From assembly GCA_963755715.1 (NCBI GenBank), contig CAVWLW010000056.1, positions 69,454 to 133,453 on the forward strand: a stretch of DNA of 64,000 nt, in the 5' to 3' direction. Source of the stretch: an uncultured delta proteobacterium (lineage in GTDB: Bacteria > Desulfobacterota > Binatia > UBA9968). This document shows, piece after piece, positions 21,389 to 33,361 of the stretch; position 1 is the stretch's first letter; the number at the start of each line of letters is the position of its first letter. The notes under the pieces are model-generated. The model ran no database searches and had not been told where the DNA came from. It saw only the letters and a program-made list of their open reading frames with translations. Position numbers and translations under genes: made by a program.

Positions 21389-21450
21389 GCGTTTCTGCAC
21401 CCGGAAAATAGCGAACAACGAGAGTCGATGGCGAGTAAGGAGATAGATTT

Positions 21451-23736
21451 ATGGACCGTTATCCGAACCAATTGGACAGTGATCGCATTGCCTTTATCGG
21501 TAATTACTTGCCGAGACAATGCGGTATCGCCACGTTCACAACGGATTTATGCGAGGCGGTGGCCGTCGAGCACCCCGGCGCAACGTGCATCGCTCTGCCG
21601 GTAAACGACAACGAAGCCGGCTATGAATACCCGTCCAGGGTGCGTTTCGAGTTGGCCGAGAAGGACATCGACTCTTATCGCCGCGCCGCTGATTTCTTGA
21701 ATATCAATAGCGTGGATGTCGTGTCTCTGCAGTTTGAGTACGGCATCTTTGGCGGCCGGGCGGGTAGCCACATTTTGGCATTGCTGCGTGAATTGCGCAT
21801 GCCCATCGTAACGACGCTTCACACTATTCTGCGCGAACCGGATCCGCACCAGCGCAGGGTCTTGGAGGAAGTGGCGGCGTTGTCGGATCGAGTGGTCGTC
21901 ATGAGCGAACGCGGCGCGGCATTCTTGCGCGAGGTTTATCGCATTTCACCGGCGAAGATCGATCTGATTCCGCATGGAATTCCTGATCTATCCTTCGTCG
22001 ACCCCGGCTTCCATAAAGATCTGTTCGGTGTCGAAGGCAAAATTGTCTTGCTCAGTTTTGGCTTGCTGTCCGCGAACAAAGGAATCGAGAATGTTATCGC
22101 GGCCCTACCTGCGATACTCGCCAAGCATCCCAACGTCGTGTATTTCATCGTCGGCGCCACCCATCCGCAGGTCAAGCAGCATGACGGTGAAACCTATCGT
22201 TTGTCCTTGCAGTGGCTGGCGCAAGAAAAGGGCGTCGAAGGTCAGGTTATTTTTTACAATCAGTTCGTCACGTTGGATGAATTGGTCGAATTCATCGGCG
22301 CAGCCGACATCTATATCACGCCTTACCAAAACCCGGCACAGATCGTCTCGGGCACCTTGGCCTATACGCTCGGCGCCGGTAAGGCGATCATCTCGACGCC
22401 TTATTGGTACGCTGAAGAGATGCTTGCTGATGAACGCGGCGTGTTGGTGCCGTTCCGTGATCCGCCGGCGTTGGCGGCGCAAGTCATCGACCTGTTGGAC
22501 AACGAGGCCAAGCGTCACGCCATGCGCAAGCGCGCCTATATGTTCGGACGCGATATGATCTGGCCGCAGGTAGCGCGCCGTTACCTGGAGAGTTTTGCCC
22601 GCGCCAGAGCCGAGAAACGCAACTTCACGCCGAGTGTTTTCACGGTGAAGCCGCTCGATAAGCGGCCGGCGGAACTGCCGCCGCTCAAGCTCGATCACTT
22701 GCGGCACATGACCGATGATACCGGCATGCTGCAGCACGCCCTTTTTACTTTGCCGAACTATCGCGAAGGTTACACCGTCGACGACAACGCCAGAGCGCTG
22801 ATGGTGAGTGTTTTAGCGGATGAACTGGGCCATTCCGAAGGGGCAGAGATAGTGTCGCGCTATCTTGCTTTCATCTGCTACGCCTTCAACGGCGAGACCA
22901 AACGCTTTCGCAATTTTATGGATTACCAGCGCAATTGGTTGGAGGCGAGCGGTTCAGACGACAGCCACGGCCGCACCCTGTGGGCGCTGGGCACGCTGTT
23001 GGGCCGTTCTAACACACCCGGTCTCCAGAGCATGGCCGGACGGCTGTTCGAGCAGGCATTGCCCGCGATTCTCACGACCACCAGTCCACGGGCCTGGGCC
23101 TTCGCGCTGATCGGCATTCACGAATATCTGCGCCGTTACGACGGCGATCGCCGGGCAAGTCAGGTGCGCGAGGAATTGGCCGGGCGGCTGCTCACGTTGT
23201 ATCAAGCGAATCGTTCGAAAGAATGGTGCTGGTTTGAAGAAAGTCTGAGTTATTGCAATGCCGCGCTGCCCCACGCTTTTCTGATGTGCGGTCAATCGAT
23301 ACCAAGCAGCACCATGAGTGACGCCGCGCTCGAGTCTCTCACGTGGCTCGCTGATCTTCAGCGAGACAAGACGAACGGCGGTCATTTTGTGCCGATCGGC
23401 TCCAACGGCTTTTATAAGCGCGGCGGTGTGCGTGCCCGCTTCGATCAGCAACCGGTGGAGGCTCAAGCGATGGTGTCCGCCTGCCTCGAAGCGCATCGGA
23501 TCACGGGCGACAAAAACTGGTACAAGGAAGCGCGCCGCGCTTTCGACTGGTTCCTGGGCCGCAACGATCTTCACCTTCCTATCTACGATCCGACGACGGG
23601 AGGTTGTCGAGACGGCTTGCATCCCGACCGCCCGAACGAAAATCAAGGCGCGGAGTCTTCCCTGGCGTTTCTTCAGGCCGTGTTGGAACTGCGTCTGGCT
23701 GAAAATACACTCCTGACCGTGGAGGCAGGATCTTAA
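21451..23736 (+). CDS. Glycosyltransferase family 4 fused to a C-terminal glycosidase-like domain
   Basis: PRQCGIATFT, FGLLSANKGIE, ISTPY; C-terminal GYTVDDNARAL, FDQQP, NQGAES. Confidence 0.9.
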   Translation: MDRYPNQLDSDRIAFIGNYLPRQCGIATFTTDLCEAVAVEHPGATCIALPVNDNEAGYEYPSRVRFELAEKDIDSYRRAADFLNINSVDVVSLQFEYGIFGGRAGSHILALLRELRMPIVTTLHTILREPDPHQRRVLEEVAALSDRVVVMSERGAAFLREVYRISPAKIDLIPHGIPDLSFVDPGFHKDLFGVEGKIVLLSFGLLSANKGIENVIAALPAILAKHPNVVYFIVGATHPQVKQHDGETYRLSLQWLAQEKGVEGQVIFYNQFVTLDELVEFIGAADIYITPYQNPAQIVSGTLAYTLGAGKAIISTPYWYAEEMLADERGVLVPFRDPPALAAQVIDLLDNEAKRHAMRKRAYMFGRDMIWPQVARRYLESFARARAEKRNFTPSVFTVKPLDKRPAELPPLKLDHLRHMTDDTGMLQHALFTLPNYREGYTVDDNARALMVSVLADELGHSEGAEIVSRYLAFICYAFNGETKRFRNFMDYQRNWLEASGSDDSHGRTLWALGTLLGRSNTPGLQSMAGRLFEQALPAILTTTSPRAWAFALIGIHEYLRRYDGDRRASQVREELAGRLLTLYQANRSKEWCWFEESLSYCNAALPHAFLMCGQSIPSSTMSDAALESLTWLADLQRDKTNGGHFVPIGSNGFYKRGGVRARFDQQPVEAQAMVSACLEAHRITGDKNWYKEARRAFDWFLGRNDLHLPIYDPTTGGCRDGLHPDRPNENQGAESSLAFLQAVLELRLAENTLLTVEAGS

Positions 23737-24710
23737 TGGGCAACCATCATGTCGAACTCTTCCAGCGTTGCGAGCACAATCCGATCTTAACTGCCGCGGA
23801 TTGGCCTTATCCCGTGAACAGCGTGTTTAACCCGGGAGCTACGTTACTCCCCGATGGCACGACGCTACTGCTGTGCCGCGTGGAAGATCGCCGCGGACAT
23901 TCCCATTTATGTGTCGCCCGTTCTGCGAACGGCGTCGATCATTGGGAGATCGATTCCCGGCCGACGATGCCGGCCGATCCAGAACATTATCCGGAGGAAT
24001 TATGGGGTATCGAGGATCCGCGCATCACTTACATTGCGGAACTGAAAAAATATGCCATCGTCTACACGGCGTTCTCGCGCGATGGCCCGGGCGTATCTCT
24101 GGCGCTCACTGAGGATTTCCACACCTTCGAGCGCTATGGCGTCATCATGTCGCCGGAAGATAAAGATGCGGCGTTACTTCCCCATCGGATCGGCGGTCAG
24201 TGGGCCTTGATTCACCGGCCGGTGAGCGCGCCGCGCGCGCATATGTGGATCTCGTTTTCAGAGAACCTCTACCACTGGGGCAAGCACAAGCTGATGCTAG
24301 AGGCGCGGCGGGGTGCTTGGTGGGACGCTAACAAAATAGGTCTCTCACCGCCGCCCCTACTAACACCTCAAGGCTGGTTAGTGATCTATCATGGCGTGCG
24401 CCAGACAGCTTCCGGTGCGATTTATCGCTTGGGGCTGGCGTTGTTTGATTTACAAGCGCCGGAGCGTTGCCTGAAACGCAGCGATGAATGGGTCTTCGGT
24501 CCGCAAGAAGATTACGAGCAACGCGGGGACGTTGACAACGTGGTTTTTCCCTGCGGCACGACGGTCGCCGCCGATGGCGACACCCTGCGGTTCTACTACG
24601 GCGCCGCCGATACAAGCATTGCGATGGCCACCGGCAGCATTCGCGCCATGCTCCAACGCCTTGAAAACACACCTGAGGGAAACAAAAGGTTTGAAGATAT
24701 GGATGGTTGA
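23736..24710 (+). CDS. GH130-type glycosidase/phosphorylase (PH1107-like)
   Basis: VFNPGA, GIEDPR, DKDAAL, NVVFPCG, YYGAAD; translationally coupled to GT4. Confidence 0.88.
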   Translation: MGNHHVELFQRCEHNPILTAADWPYPVNSVFNPGATLLPDGTTLLLCRVEDRRGHSHLCVARSANGVDHWEIDSRPTMPADPEHYPEELWGIEDPRITYIAELKKYAIVYTAFSRDGPGVSLALTEDFHTFERYGVIMSPEDKDAALLPHRIGGQWALIHRPVSAPRAHMWISFSENLYHWGKHKLMLEARRGAWWDANKIGLSPPPLLTPQGWLVIYHGVRQTASGAIYRLGLALFDLQAPERCLKRSDEWVFGPQEDYEQRGDVDNVVFPCGTTVAADGDTLRFYYGAADTSIAMATGSIRAMLQRLENTPEGNKRFEDMDG

Positions 24711-24720
24711 AGAGGATCCA

Positions 24721-25248
24721 ATGACGTTCAGCATCGGGAATAAGGTCGTTTATCCGTCTCAGGGCCCCTGCCTGATCGGTGCAGAGGAAAACAAAATTGT
24801 TGCTGGTCGAGCGACGCGCTTTTACCGTTTGACGTTGTTGGACGACAGCGGCGACTCGGTTTTTGTCCCGGTAGATAAACTCAAAGCGCTCCGGATGCGG
24901 CACTTAATGGGCAAATCGGAGATTCCGAAACTGCTGAACCATTTGGAAAATACAGTCACGACATCTAAAAACTGGAAGCAGCGTGCGATCGACAACTTGA
25001 AACTGATGAGCTCGGGGTCGGCATTTGACTTGGCTGAAATCGTTGAGTCCCTGACGGTGCTGAACGAAATCAAGGCTCTGTCTCTGCGCGATCGGCAAAC
25101 GCTGGATAAGGCGAAAAAGTTCCTAGTTTGCGAAATTTCCGAGGTGATGGAAGAGACAAAAAGCACAGCGAAAGAACAGGTCGACAAAGCACTCGGACGC
25201 AAAGAGGCTGAAAAAGACCCACCAAATATCCGAGTCGAGTTTGAATAA
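24721..25248 (+). CDS. CarD/CdnL family RNAP-binding regulator
   Basis: FSIGNKVVYPSQGPCLI, NWKQR, EIS; ATG at 24721 after GAGG. Confidence 0.85.
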   Translation: MTFSIGNKVVYPSQGPCLIGAEENKIVAGRATRFYRLTLLDDSGDSVFVPVDKLKALRMRHLMGKSEIPKLLNHLENTVTTSKNWKQRAIDNLKLMSSGSAFDLAEIVESLTVLNEIKALSLRDRQTLDKAKKFLVCEISEVMEETKSTAKEQVDKALGRKEAEKDPPNIRVEFE

Positions 25249-25488
25249 CTAACAGCATAGGGTTCATGCCAGACTTTCCCAATAATTGAATTGTTCAAAA
25301 AATAACCCTCTACGCGGGCGCGGCCTAGCGGACCTGGTGTTTCGGGCTGTGCGGCAAAGTTCTCGGTTCCGGCGCGCGAGCAAAATGTTTTGGGCTGTGC
25401 GCCTGCGCTGTATAACGCCAAATCCTGCTCATATCCCAATCGCTTAGCGTCTGTTGACCGATTGACACTCAATTAGAACAGCAACAAT

Positions 25489-25531
25489 TGTTCAATATTG
25501 GACATTAGTTCCTTTTGCGACGTGGTAGCAT
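25489..25531 (+). promoter_or_regulatory. Crp-type palindrome promoter A1 (desaturase)
   Basis: TGTTCAATATTGGACA-N21-TAGCAT; a second TGTT-N8-GACA at 25452. Confidence 0.75.
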
Positions 25532-25696
25532 TTCACAAATTTGCATTGATGAGGCGACGAGTTCTTGAAACATTGGATAAAACTACGATCGTCCAGTCAG
25601 AGCGCAAGGCCGCGCAGCTGATGGGAAATTCACGGCTGTTAGCAAGCATGGCGAGGCTCTATTTCGGTATCGTTATCGGATCATGGGGGATAAAGC

Positions 25697-26767
25697 GTGA
25701 GCAGAACGACGCAGCAAATGATCGCTGAAGTGAATGTCGCCGAAACTAAATTGACCAAGCCCGCCTGGTATCAGACCACTGCCAAGTATGCGCAGTCGAA
25801 TCTGGGCCGATCGCTGTGGCAAATCTTCGATACTCTTGTTCCTTATTTCGCGCTATGGGCGGCGATGGTTTATACGGTTCAAATGGAATTGCCCTATTGG
25901 ATTACCCTAACGCTCGCCGTGGTGGCTGGCAGCGTTCTGGTTCGGATTTTTATCTTTTTCCACGATTGCTGCCATGGATCCTTCTTTGCGTCGCGCCGGG
26001 CAAACGCCATCTTAGGCTACATCACGGGTATTCTGACCTTTACTCCGTTTGAACATTGGAGATACACCCACAATAGGCATCATGCCACGACGGGAGACCT
26101 GGATCGACGGGGAGTTGGCGATGTCCGGACGATGACGACTGAAGAATATCTGGCGGCACCGCTACTCAGGCGGTTCGCCTACAGGTGTTACCGAAATCCT
26201 TTCATTTTCTTCGGTCCCGGATCGGCGCTGCTGTTTTTATGTTTCAATCGATTTTCTCGCAAAGACGCGGGACAGATAGAGCGCCGGAGCGTGCTTCGCA
26301 CCAACATGGCACTCTTGTTCGTCGTCGGATTGGCGACGTGGACAATCGGTTTTCGGACCTATCTCCAGATTCAGTTGCCCATCATTCTGATCGCCGGGAG
26401 CCTCGGGCTCTGGTTGTTCTATATTCAACATCAGTTTGAGAGCGCGTATTGGGCGCGTCACGGATCTTGGGATCCGATGAAAGTAGCACTGGAAGGCAGC
26501 TCGTATTTCAAATTGCCCAAAATCCTCCAGTGGTTCTCCGGCAATATTGGCCTGCATCACATTCATCACGTTCGTCCGAATATTCCCAACTACAATCTGC
26601 AACAGTGCCACGATGAAATCCCGGCGTTTCACAGCGTCAAGGTCATTACGCTGGGGACAAGTCTCAGGTCACTGCAACTAGGCCTATGCGATGAAAAAAG
26701 CAAAACGCTGGTTAGTTTTCGCTCGTTGAAGGCTCGTGATCGGGAAGCTGACCTCAACATGATCTGA
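25697..26767 (+). CDS. Fatty acid desaturase
   Basis: His boxes HDCCH, HNRHH, HHIHH. Confidence 0.92.
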   Translation: MSRTTQQMIAEVNVAETKLTKPAWYQTTAKYAQSNLGRSLWQIFDTLVPYFALWAAMVYTVQMELPYWITLTLAVVAGSVLVRIFIFFHDCCHGSFFASRRANAILGYITGILTFTPFEHWRYTHNRHHATTGDLDRRGVGDVRTMTTEEYLAAPLLRRFAYRCYRNPFIFFGPGSALLFLCFNRFSRKDAGQIERRSVLRTNMALLFVVGLATWTIGFRTYLQIQLPIILIAGSLGLWLFYIQHQFESAYWARHGSWDPMKVALEGSSYFKLPKILQWFSGNIGLHHIHHVRPNIPNYNLQQCHDEIPAFHSVKVITLGTSLRSLQLGLCDEKSKTLVSFRSLKARDREADLNMI

Positions 26768-26916
26768 TGTTGCAATTCATGCTTCGATATCTCGTTCTCG
26801 CAAGTCGCCGCAGCGCAGATTAGATAGAGATAGGGGATTTTCGGACATCATTTAGCGTCTGCACAGCTTGACTTGCTATCACGACTTAATTCACCTAGGC
26901 TTAATTCTCTTCTCGC

Positions 26917-26964
26917 AGTCGTAGGGTTCCTCTCCGCGGTTACTTGAAATTCTTCAAGTAAGCC
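26917..26964 (+). ncRNA. Conserved 5' leader hairpin, copy 1 (unassigned)
   Basis: 42/48 nt identical to 28987-29034; stem TTACTTGAA-attc-TTCAAGTAA. Confidence 0.45.
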
Positions 26965-27022
26965 TCTCTTCATCACCCCTCCAAGCAAACGGCCGTCAGC
27001 TCCGGCCAAAAGGGGAAATAGA

Positions 27023-27562
27023 TTGAGTTCTTTATTCGTTATTGCCATCCCTATGGCTTTGATAGTCATCGGAATCCTATTGAACAGTTTTCACATTGTC
27101 CACGATCAACCGGCATTTTCATTTGAAGAGGATCCGACCCATAAACTGGCAGCCGAACGGCAAGCGAATTATCATTTCTTCCAACTCCAGCGGGCGCGAC
27201 TTCTAAAGCGTCAAAAGAGGGTCGGTCAATACGGCTGGTTAGTTCTGGCCGTGTTTGTCGGGTCGTCTTGGTTTCTCTATTCCGACGCCGTGAGAGCCAC
27301 TACGGTGTCAAAGCAAATCAGCGCAATCCAAACATTCGCCGTAGCCGAAAGTAAAGAAGCGGTTTTGTCGCTGACTCTGAGTGACGGCAGTAACGTTAAA
27401 TATGTCGTCAAAGCATCAGAACCCTACACCGCGCAATCACCAAAGCAAGCGGAGCACTCGGCAGAAATCCTGCAGGACTGGCAACTGGCGAGCGCGGGAA
27501 CGGCAGTCAATGTCGGCGATGCCAAAGTGCCGCTTGGGATTGCTCTAAGAATTTCGAATTGA
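27023..27562 (+). CDS. Hypothetical membrane protein
   Basis: 179 aa, two hydrophobic segments, AAGGGG RBS. Confidence 0.6.
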   Translation: MSSLFVIAIPMALIVIGILLNSFHIVHDQPAFSFEEDPTHKLAAERQANYHFFQLQRARLLKRQKRVGQYGWLVLAVFVGSSWFLYSDAVRATTVSKQISAIQTFAVAESKEAVLSLTLSDGSNVKYVVKASEPYTAQSPKQAEHSAEILQDWQLASAGTAVNVGDAKVPLGIALRISN

Positions 27563-27666
27563 ACCGCAAGATCAATGAGTGGAATGCAAGAATTGCACGG
27601 TCTTAGCTTCACGCAAATAGCGAACACGAGACGATCTTCATCGACGATGAGGCAAAGGAACGAAAA

Positions 27667-27894
27667 ATGAAAAGCAGCATTTCATACAAGAACTGGCTCA
27701 TTCGCAGTGAATCGTTTCAGCGAGAAAGCAAAGGCGGCTGGATTCCGCAGTATACCGTGACGCGTCAGGATGCCAAAAACCAGACCAGCGGTGTTCCAGC
27801 GCATCACGCTCAACTCGACAAAACGTTTTGGAGTGAAAATGAAGCCGACGAGTTTGCCCTGCAAGATGCCATGCATTGGATCGATAAGAATTGA
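27667..27894 (+). CDS. Hypothetical protein
   Basis: 75 aa, AAGGA RBS. Confidence 0.6.
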   Translation: MKSSISYKNWLIRSESFQRESKGGWIPQYTVTRQDAKNQTSGVPAHHAQLDKTFWSENEADEFALQDAMHWIDKN

Positions 27895-27939
27895 CGGTTA
27901 TCAAGCAGAAAAGATGACCAGGAGGTTTTTACGTCGTTA

Positions 27940-28425
27940 TTGAACCAGTTACCGGAAACCGTTTTTACGACAAAGGTCGACGAGCTGCTCAACTGGGGCC
28001 GCGCCTCGTCGCAGTGGTACATGCTGTTTGGCTTGGCCTGTTGCGCTATCGAGTTGATGCAGACAGGAGGGCCGCGCGCCGATATCGATCGATTCGGCGC
28101 AGTGCCGCGCGCGACGCCGCGACAATCCGATCTGATGATCGTCGCCGGCACATTGACCTACAAAATGGCCAAACGCACCAAGCTCCTTTACGATCAGATG
28201 CCTGATCCGAAATACGTCATTTCGATGGGAAGCTGCGCCAACTGCGGCGGGCTTTTTCAGCTCGCCTATTCGGTCTGCAAAGGCGTGGACAAAATCATTC
28301 CCGTCGATGTTTATGTTCCCGGCTGTCCACCGCGCCCGGAAGCCTTGACCGAGGGGCTTTTAAGAATCCAGGACAAGATCATGCAAGAGAAATGGCTGGT
28401 GAAAAATACTCAGGTATCGGCCTGA
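27940..28425 (+). CDS. nuoB: NADH-quinone oxidoreductase subunit B
   Basis: [34 protein letters not shown]. Confidence 0.92.
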   Translation: MNQLPETVFTTKVDELLNWGRASSQWYMLFGLACCAIELMQTGGPRADIDRFGAVPRATPRQSDLMIVAGTLTYKMAKRTKLLYDQMPDPKYVISMGSCANCGGLFQLAYSVCKGVDKIIPVDVYVPGCPPRPEALTEGLLRIQDKIMQEKWLVKNTQVSA

Positions 28426-28428
28426 GCT

Positions 28429-28755
28429 ATGGTTGGACAAATAACGATCACCGATCGCGCCGCGGAAAAGATCCGCAAGCTTCTCACCGGAGCAAAAGAC
28501 GGATATGGCCTGCGCGTCGGAGTCGTCGAGGGTGGCTGCTCCGGCTACGAGTACAAAATGGAGATTGATTCTCCCGCGGCAGAAGACAAGGTCTTTGAGA
28601 AAAATGGCGCCCGCGTCTTACTCGGCGCGAAAAGCATCCATCACCTAGACGGCACCGAGATGGATTATAAAGACGAGTTGATGCGATCGGGATTCGTGTT
28701 CAACAACCCCAATGTCAAAGGAACCTGCGGTTGCGGCACTTCTTTCAGCACCTAA
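28429..28755 (+). CDS. A-type Fe-S cluster carrier (IscA/HesB family)
   Basis: GGCSGYEY, NPN, CGCGTSF. Confidence 0.92.
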   Translation: MVGQITITDRAAEKIRKLLTGAKDGYGLRVGVVEGGCSGYEYKMEIDSPAAEDKVFEKNGARVLLGAKSIHHLDGTEMDYKDELMRSGFVFNNPNVKGTCGCGTSFST

Positions 28756-28986
28756 GGAAGCCAAGGCCACAGGACCTGTCTATAGAGTGGTGTCTTAGAA
28801 GGCCATTGCACAATTTGATTTGATTTCCTGTCAGGATGGATGCCCTTCTACCGATCACGAAGATTAGCAGCGCACGGCGAACGACCGCAAGATCGACATT
28901 CCTTTCCTCGGACAAGTGGATTTGCTCGGGACGTCTTGGAGATTCGGGTTGACAATGGGTGCTTAGTGACTACTGTTAAGGAAGTT

Positions 28987-29034
28987 AGTCCTAGGGTTCC
29001 CTTCCTCGGTTACCTGAAATTCTTCACGTAAGCC
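28987..29034 (+). ncRNA. Conserved 5' leader hairpin, copy 2 (unassigned)
   Basis: Follows TTGACA-N16-TACTGT (28949-28976); 42/48 identical to 26917-26964. Confidence 0.45.
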
Positions 29035-29077
29035 AAAAATCCTCCACCCTATCACCAGTCCAACCAAGGAGGTTGAT

Positions 29078-29395
29078 ATGTATACTCGCAACGTCAGTAT
29101 GAAGCTGAAGGTCAATAGCGCGAAGGAGTTTACCCAAACTCTTGAGAACGAAGTGATTCCCGTGCTCCGCAAACAAAAGGGATTTAAGGATGAGATTACC
29201 CTCATCGCCCCAGAACGTAACGATGCCGTAGGGATTAGTTTCTGGGATAGGAAAGAAGACGCGGAAGCTTACAATCGCGAGAAATATCAAGACGTCTTGA
29301 AGACCCTGTCCAAGGTGCTTGATGGCACTCCGAAAGTGGAATCCTTTGAGGTCGCCAATTCGACTTCCCACCACATCGCAGCCAAAGCAGCCTAA
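29078..29395 (+). CDS. Small ABM-like (ferredoxin-fold) hypothetical protein
   Basis: IPVLRKQKGF, SFWDRKEDAEAY; AAGGAGG RBS. Confidence 0.7.
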   Translation: MYTRNVSMKLKVNSAKEFTQTLENEVIPVLRKQKGFKDEITLIAPERNDAVGISFWDRKEDAEAYNREKYQDVLKTLSKVLDGTPKVESFEVANSTSHHIAAKAA

Positions 29396-29625
29396 CTAGA
29401 GAGGCCTTCCGGTTCGGGGAGGGGGGGCTATCCCCTCTCCGGGTCGTATTGAATAGCAGCGGAAAAGCACAAGTTTGAAAGGGTAGTAACGCATTTTGAA
29501 TTGTCATGTGGCTAACAATAAGCGGTGCATTGCATCCGGTAGCAGCATGCTGAAGCGAATCTAACATTTGTCCGAGCTTAAAAAACCGGGTCAGCGGTGA
29601 CCGGAAGCCCGAACAGGGGGGCCGC

Positions 29626-29853
29626 ATGGCCAATTTGTTCTCCAAAAATCCGCTCATCGTTGTCTCCGCTCGGTTCGACGAAAATACTCGATCTTGGGTT
29701 CCTATCGCTGACATCAGTTGGGAAGCTGACGGTCAGCGAGGATCGCACACGATAATTGGCCCTCTCTATAATTTCGAAAGTTGGCGGGAAACAGAAAATC
29801 ACATGATAGGCTTGGCGAAGGCGTGGATCGATGACCTTCCCTCGCCTTCATAA
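29626..29853 (+). CDS. Hypothetical protein
   Basis: 75 aa, AGGGGG RBS; C-terminal AKAWID resembles AMHWID of 27667-27894. Confidence 0.5.
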   Translation: MANLFSKNPLIVVSARFDENTRSWVPIADISWEADGQRGSHTIIGPLYNFESWRETENHMIGLAKAWIDDLPSPS

Positions 29854-30047
29854 ATCGTTGCGCTAACCCTGCGATGGAAGTAAGAGTGTCGAATCATGTT
29901 GGGTCGGTTTGAAAAAATTGCGGTCTTCTTCGATTCAAAATGAGTCACTACCGAAAAGCCGTGATTCGTGCTCGTGCACCTAGCAAAGTCTGCGTCGTTC
30001 AGCGCGGCTGTTTAGGCAATCGGGTCCGCGCTAATTCTTTTTAAACT

Positions 30048-30090
30048 CGTTCAATATTAGACAGTAGCCCTTTTCGACTCAAGGTAAGGT
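30048..30090 (+). promoter_or_regulatory. Crp-type palindrome promoter A2 (ferredoxin)
   Basis: CGTTCAATATTAGACA-N21-TAAGGT. Confidence 0.78.
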
Positions 30091-30195
30091 TAGATTGAAA
30101 AGGCTTGATTTTGGCAGGCGTTCGACGCGGTCAGCGTGGGCGAGCTATTCTCTGATTTTGCGCTTGATCCGTAGTCGAACTGCTGGAGAGAAAGC

Positions 30196-30786
30196 ATGGC
30201 AGATTTGACGGCGCAACCTGAAGAGAAGAAAAAACGTAAAGGCACCGCTCTCCTTGCCGTCATGGACGAAAATTGCAGTAGCTGCGCCGGCTCGCCTCTA
30301 TGCGAGCTGCACTGCCCGGTAGAAAACTGCATTAACTTACTCTATGAGGAAACCCCCGCTGGAGGACTGAAGCCGTATCGGGTTTGGGTAGACAACGACA
30401 AGTGCATCGGCTGCCAGATGTGTTTCAGCGATGATTTAACCAAGGTCCATCGGCACAAGGAGACCGGCGAAATCTTCCGCGAGTATGCCGGGAGATATTA
30501 CGACAGCTCGAAAAAGCCGGTCGAAGAGAACAAGCTGCCGAAGAAATTTCAACTCGAGCTGATTGGCACGGAGTCGGACGATCGGCTCGATAAAAAAATC
30601 TGCCCTTGGGACGCGATAAAAATGTACGAATTCGACGAAGGGGCGGAGCTGTCCAAAAATTTCTACGAACCCGAAAAAATCGATGCGGTGAACGGCGTGT
30701 ACGTCATGGATGCTGCCGAGAAAAAACGGCTGGAAGAGAAGCAAATCGAACTCTACAACGGCGGCGAGTTGGCGGATAATCTTTGA
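30196..30786 (+). CDS. 4Fe-4S dicluster ferredoxin-like protein with a long insertion
   Basis: CSSCAGSPLCELHCP and CIGCQMC...CP. Confidence 0.8.
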   Translation: MADLTAQPEEKKKRKGTALLAVMDENCSSCAGSPLCELHCPVENCINLLYEETPAGGLKPYRVWVDNDKCIGCQMCFSDDLTKVHRHKETGEIFREYAGRYYDSSKKPVEENKLPKKFQLELIGTESDDRLDKKICPWDAIKMYEFDEGAELSKNFYEPEKIDAVNGVYVMDAAEKKRLEEKQIELYNGGELADNL

Positions 30787-30824
30787 GGTAGCCTACCAAA
30801 TGACTTTTCCCGACGGGGTGAGCG

Positions 30825-31166
30825 ATGAAACGAATTGAACAGATGTCGCTCTGGGAAAGAGCGTACGTGCCTGAGATCGTGCGCGGTCTCTCCGTAACCG
30901 GTTATCACTTTTGGCGCAATCTGAGCATTCACATTTTGCATGCCTTCGGTCTAGCGAAATCCAGTCAGGCTGATGTTACGGTGCAATATCCGGAGGAAGG
31001 AGCTTCTACCGGAACCTTAGCCCCTACCGAAAAGTGTAGCACGAAGGACACCGAGCTGAACTTAAAGAGCGTCAGGAATGAGGCGTCGCCGATAGTTTTA
31101 CCCTGCGCGGCGGATTTACCTTCTGTCGCTCTTATCAATCTGCCGGAATCCGCTTCGGAAGACTAA
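30825..31166 (+). pseudogene. nuoI: Truncated NuoI (N-terminus only)
   Basis: YVPEIVRGLSVT...TVQYPEE then unrelated sequence; no CxxCxxC motifs. Confidence 0.65.
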
Positions 31167-31196
31167 GAGTCCCTCAAAAAGAAAGCTGAGTTACAC

Positions 31197-33344
<2,148 letters not shown>

Positions 33345-33361
33345 AATCAGGAGAGCGAAAT

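Noticed and set aside
148-24903. Long antisense/overlapping ORFs (e.g. 148-1113, 2835-3746, 8486-9607, 9749-10573)
   Set aside because: Shadow frames of high-GC coding genes; no recognisable motifs
28987-29034. CTAGGGTTCC as a ykkC/guanidine-I riboswitch
   Set aside because: The downstream conserved elements (GGTCCGAG, ACGGxGGGAxAAAAGCCCG) are absent
29502-29545. TGTCATGTGGCTAACA as a fifteenth family-A site
   Set aside because: Fits TGTY-N8-RACA but lacks the AT-rich core and has no good -10 at 21 nt
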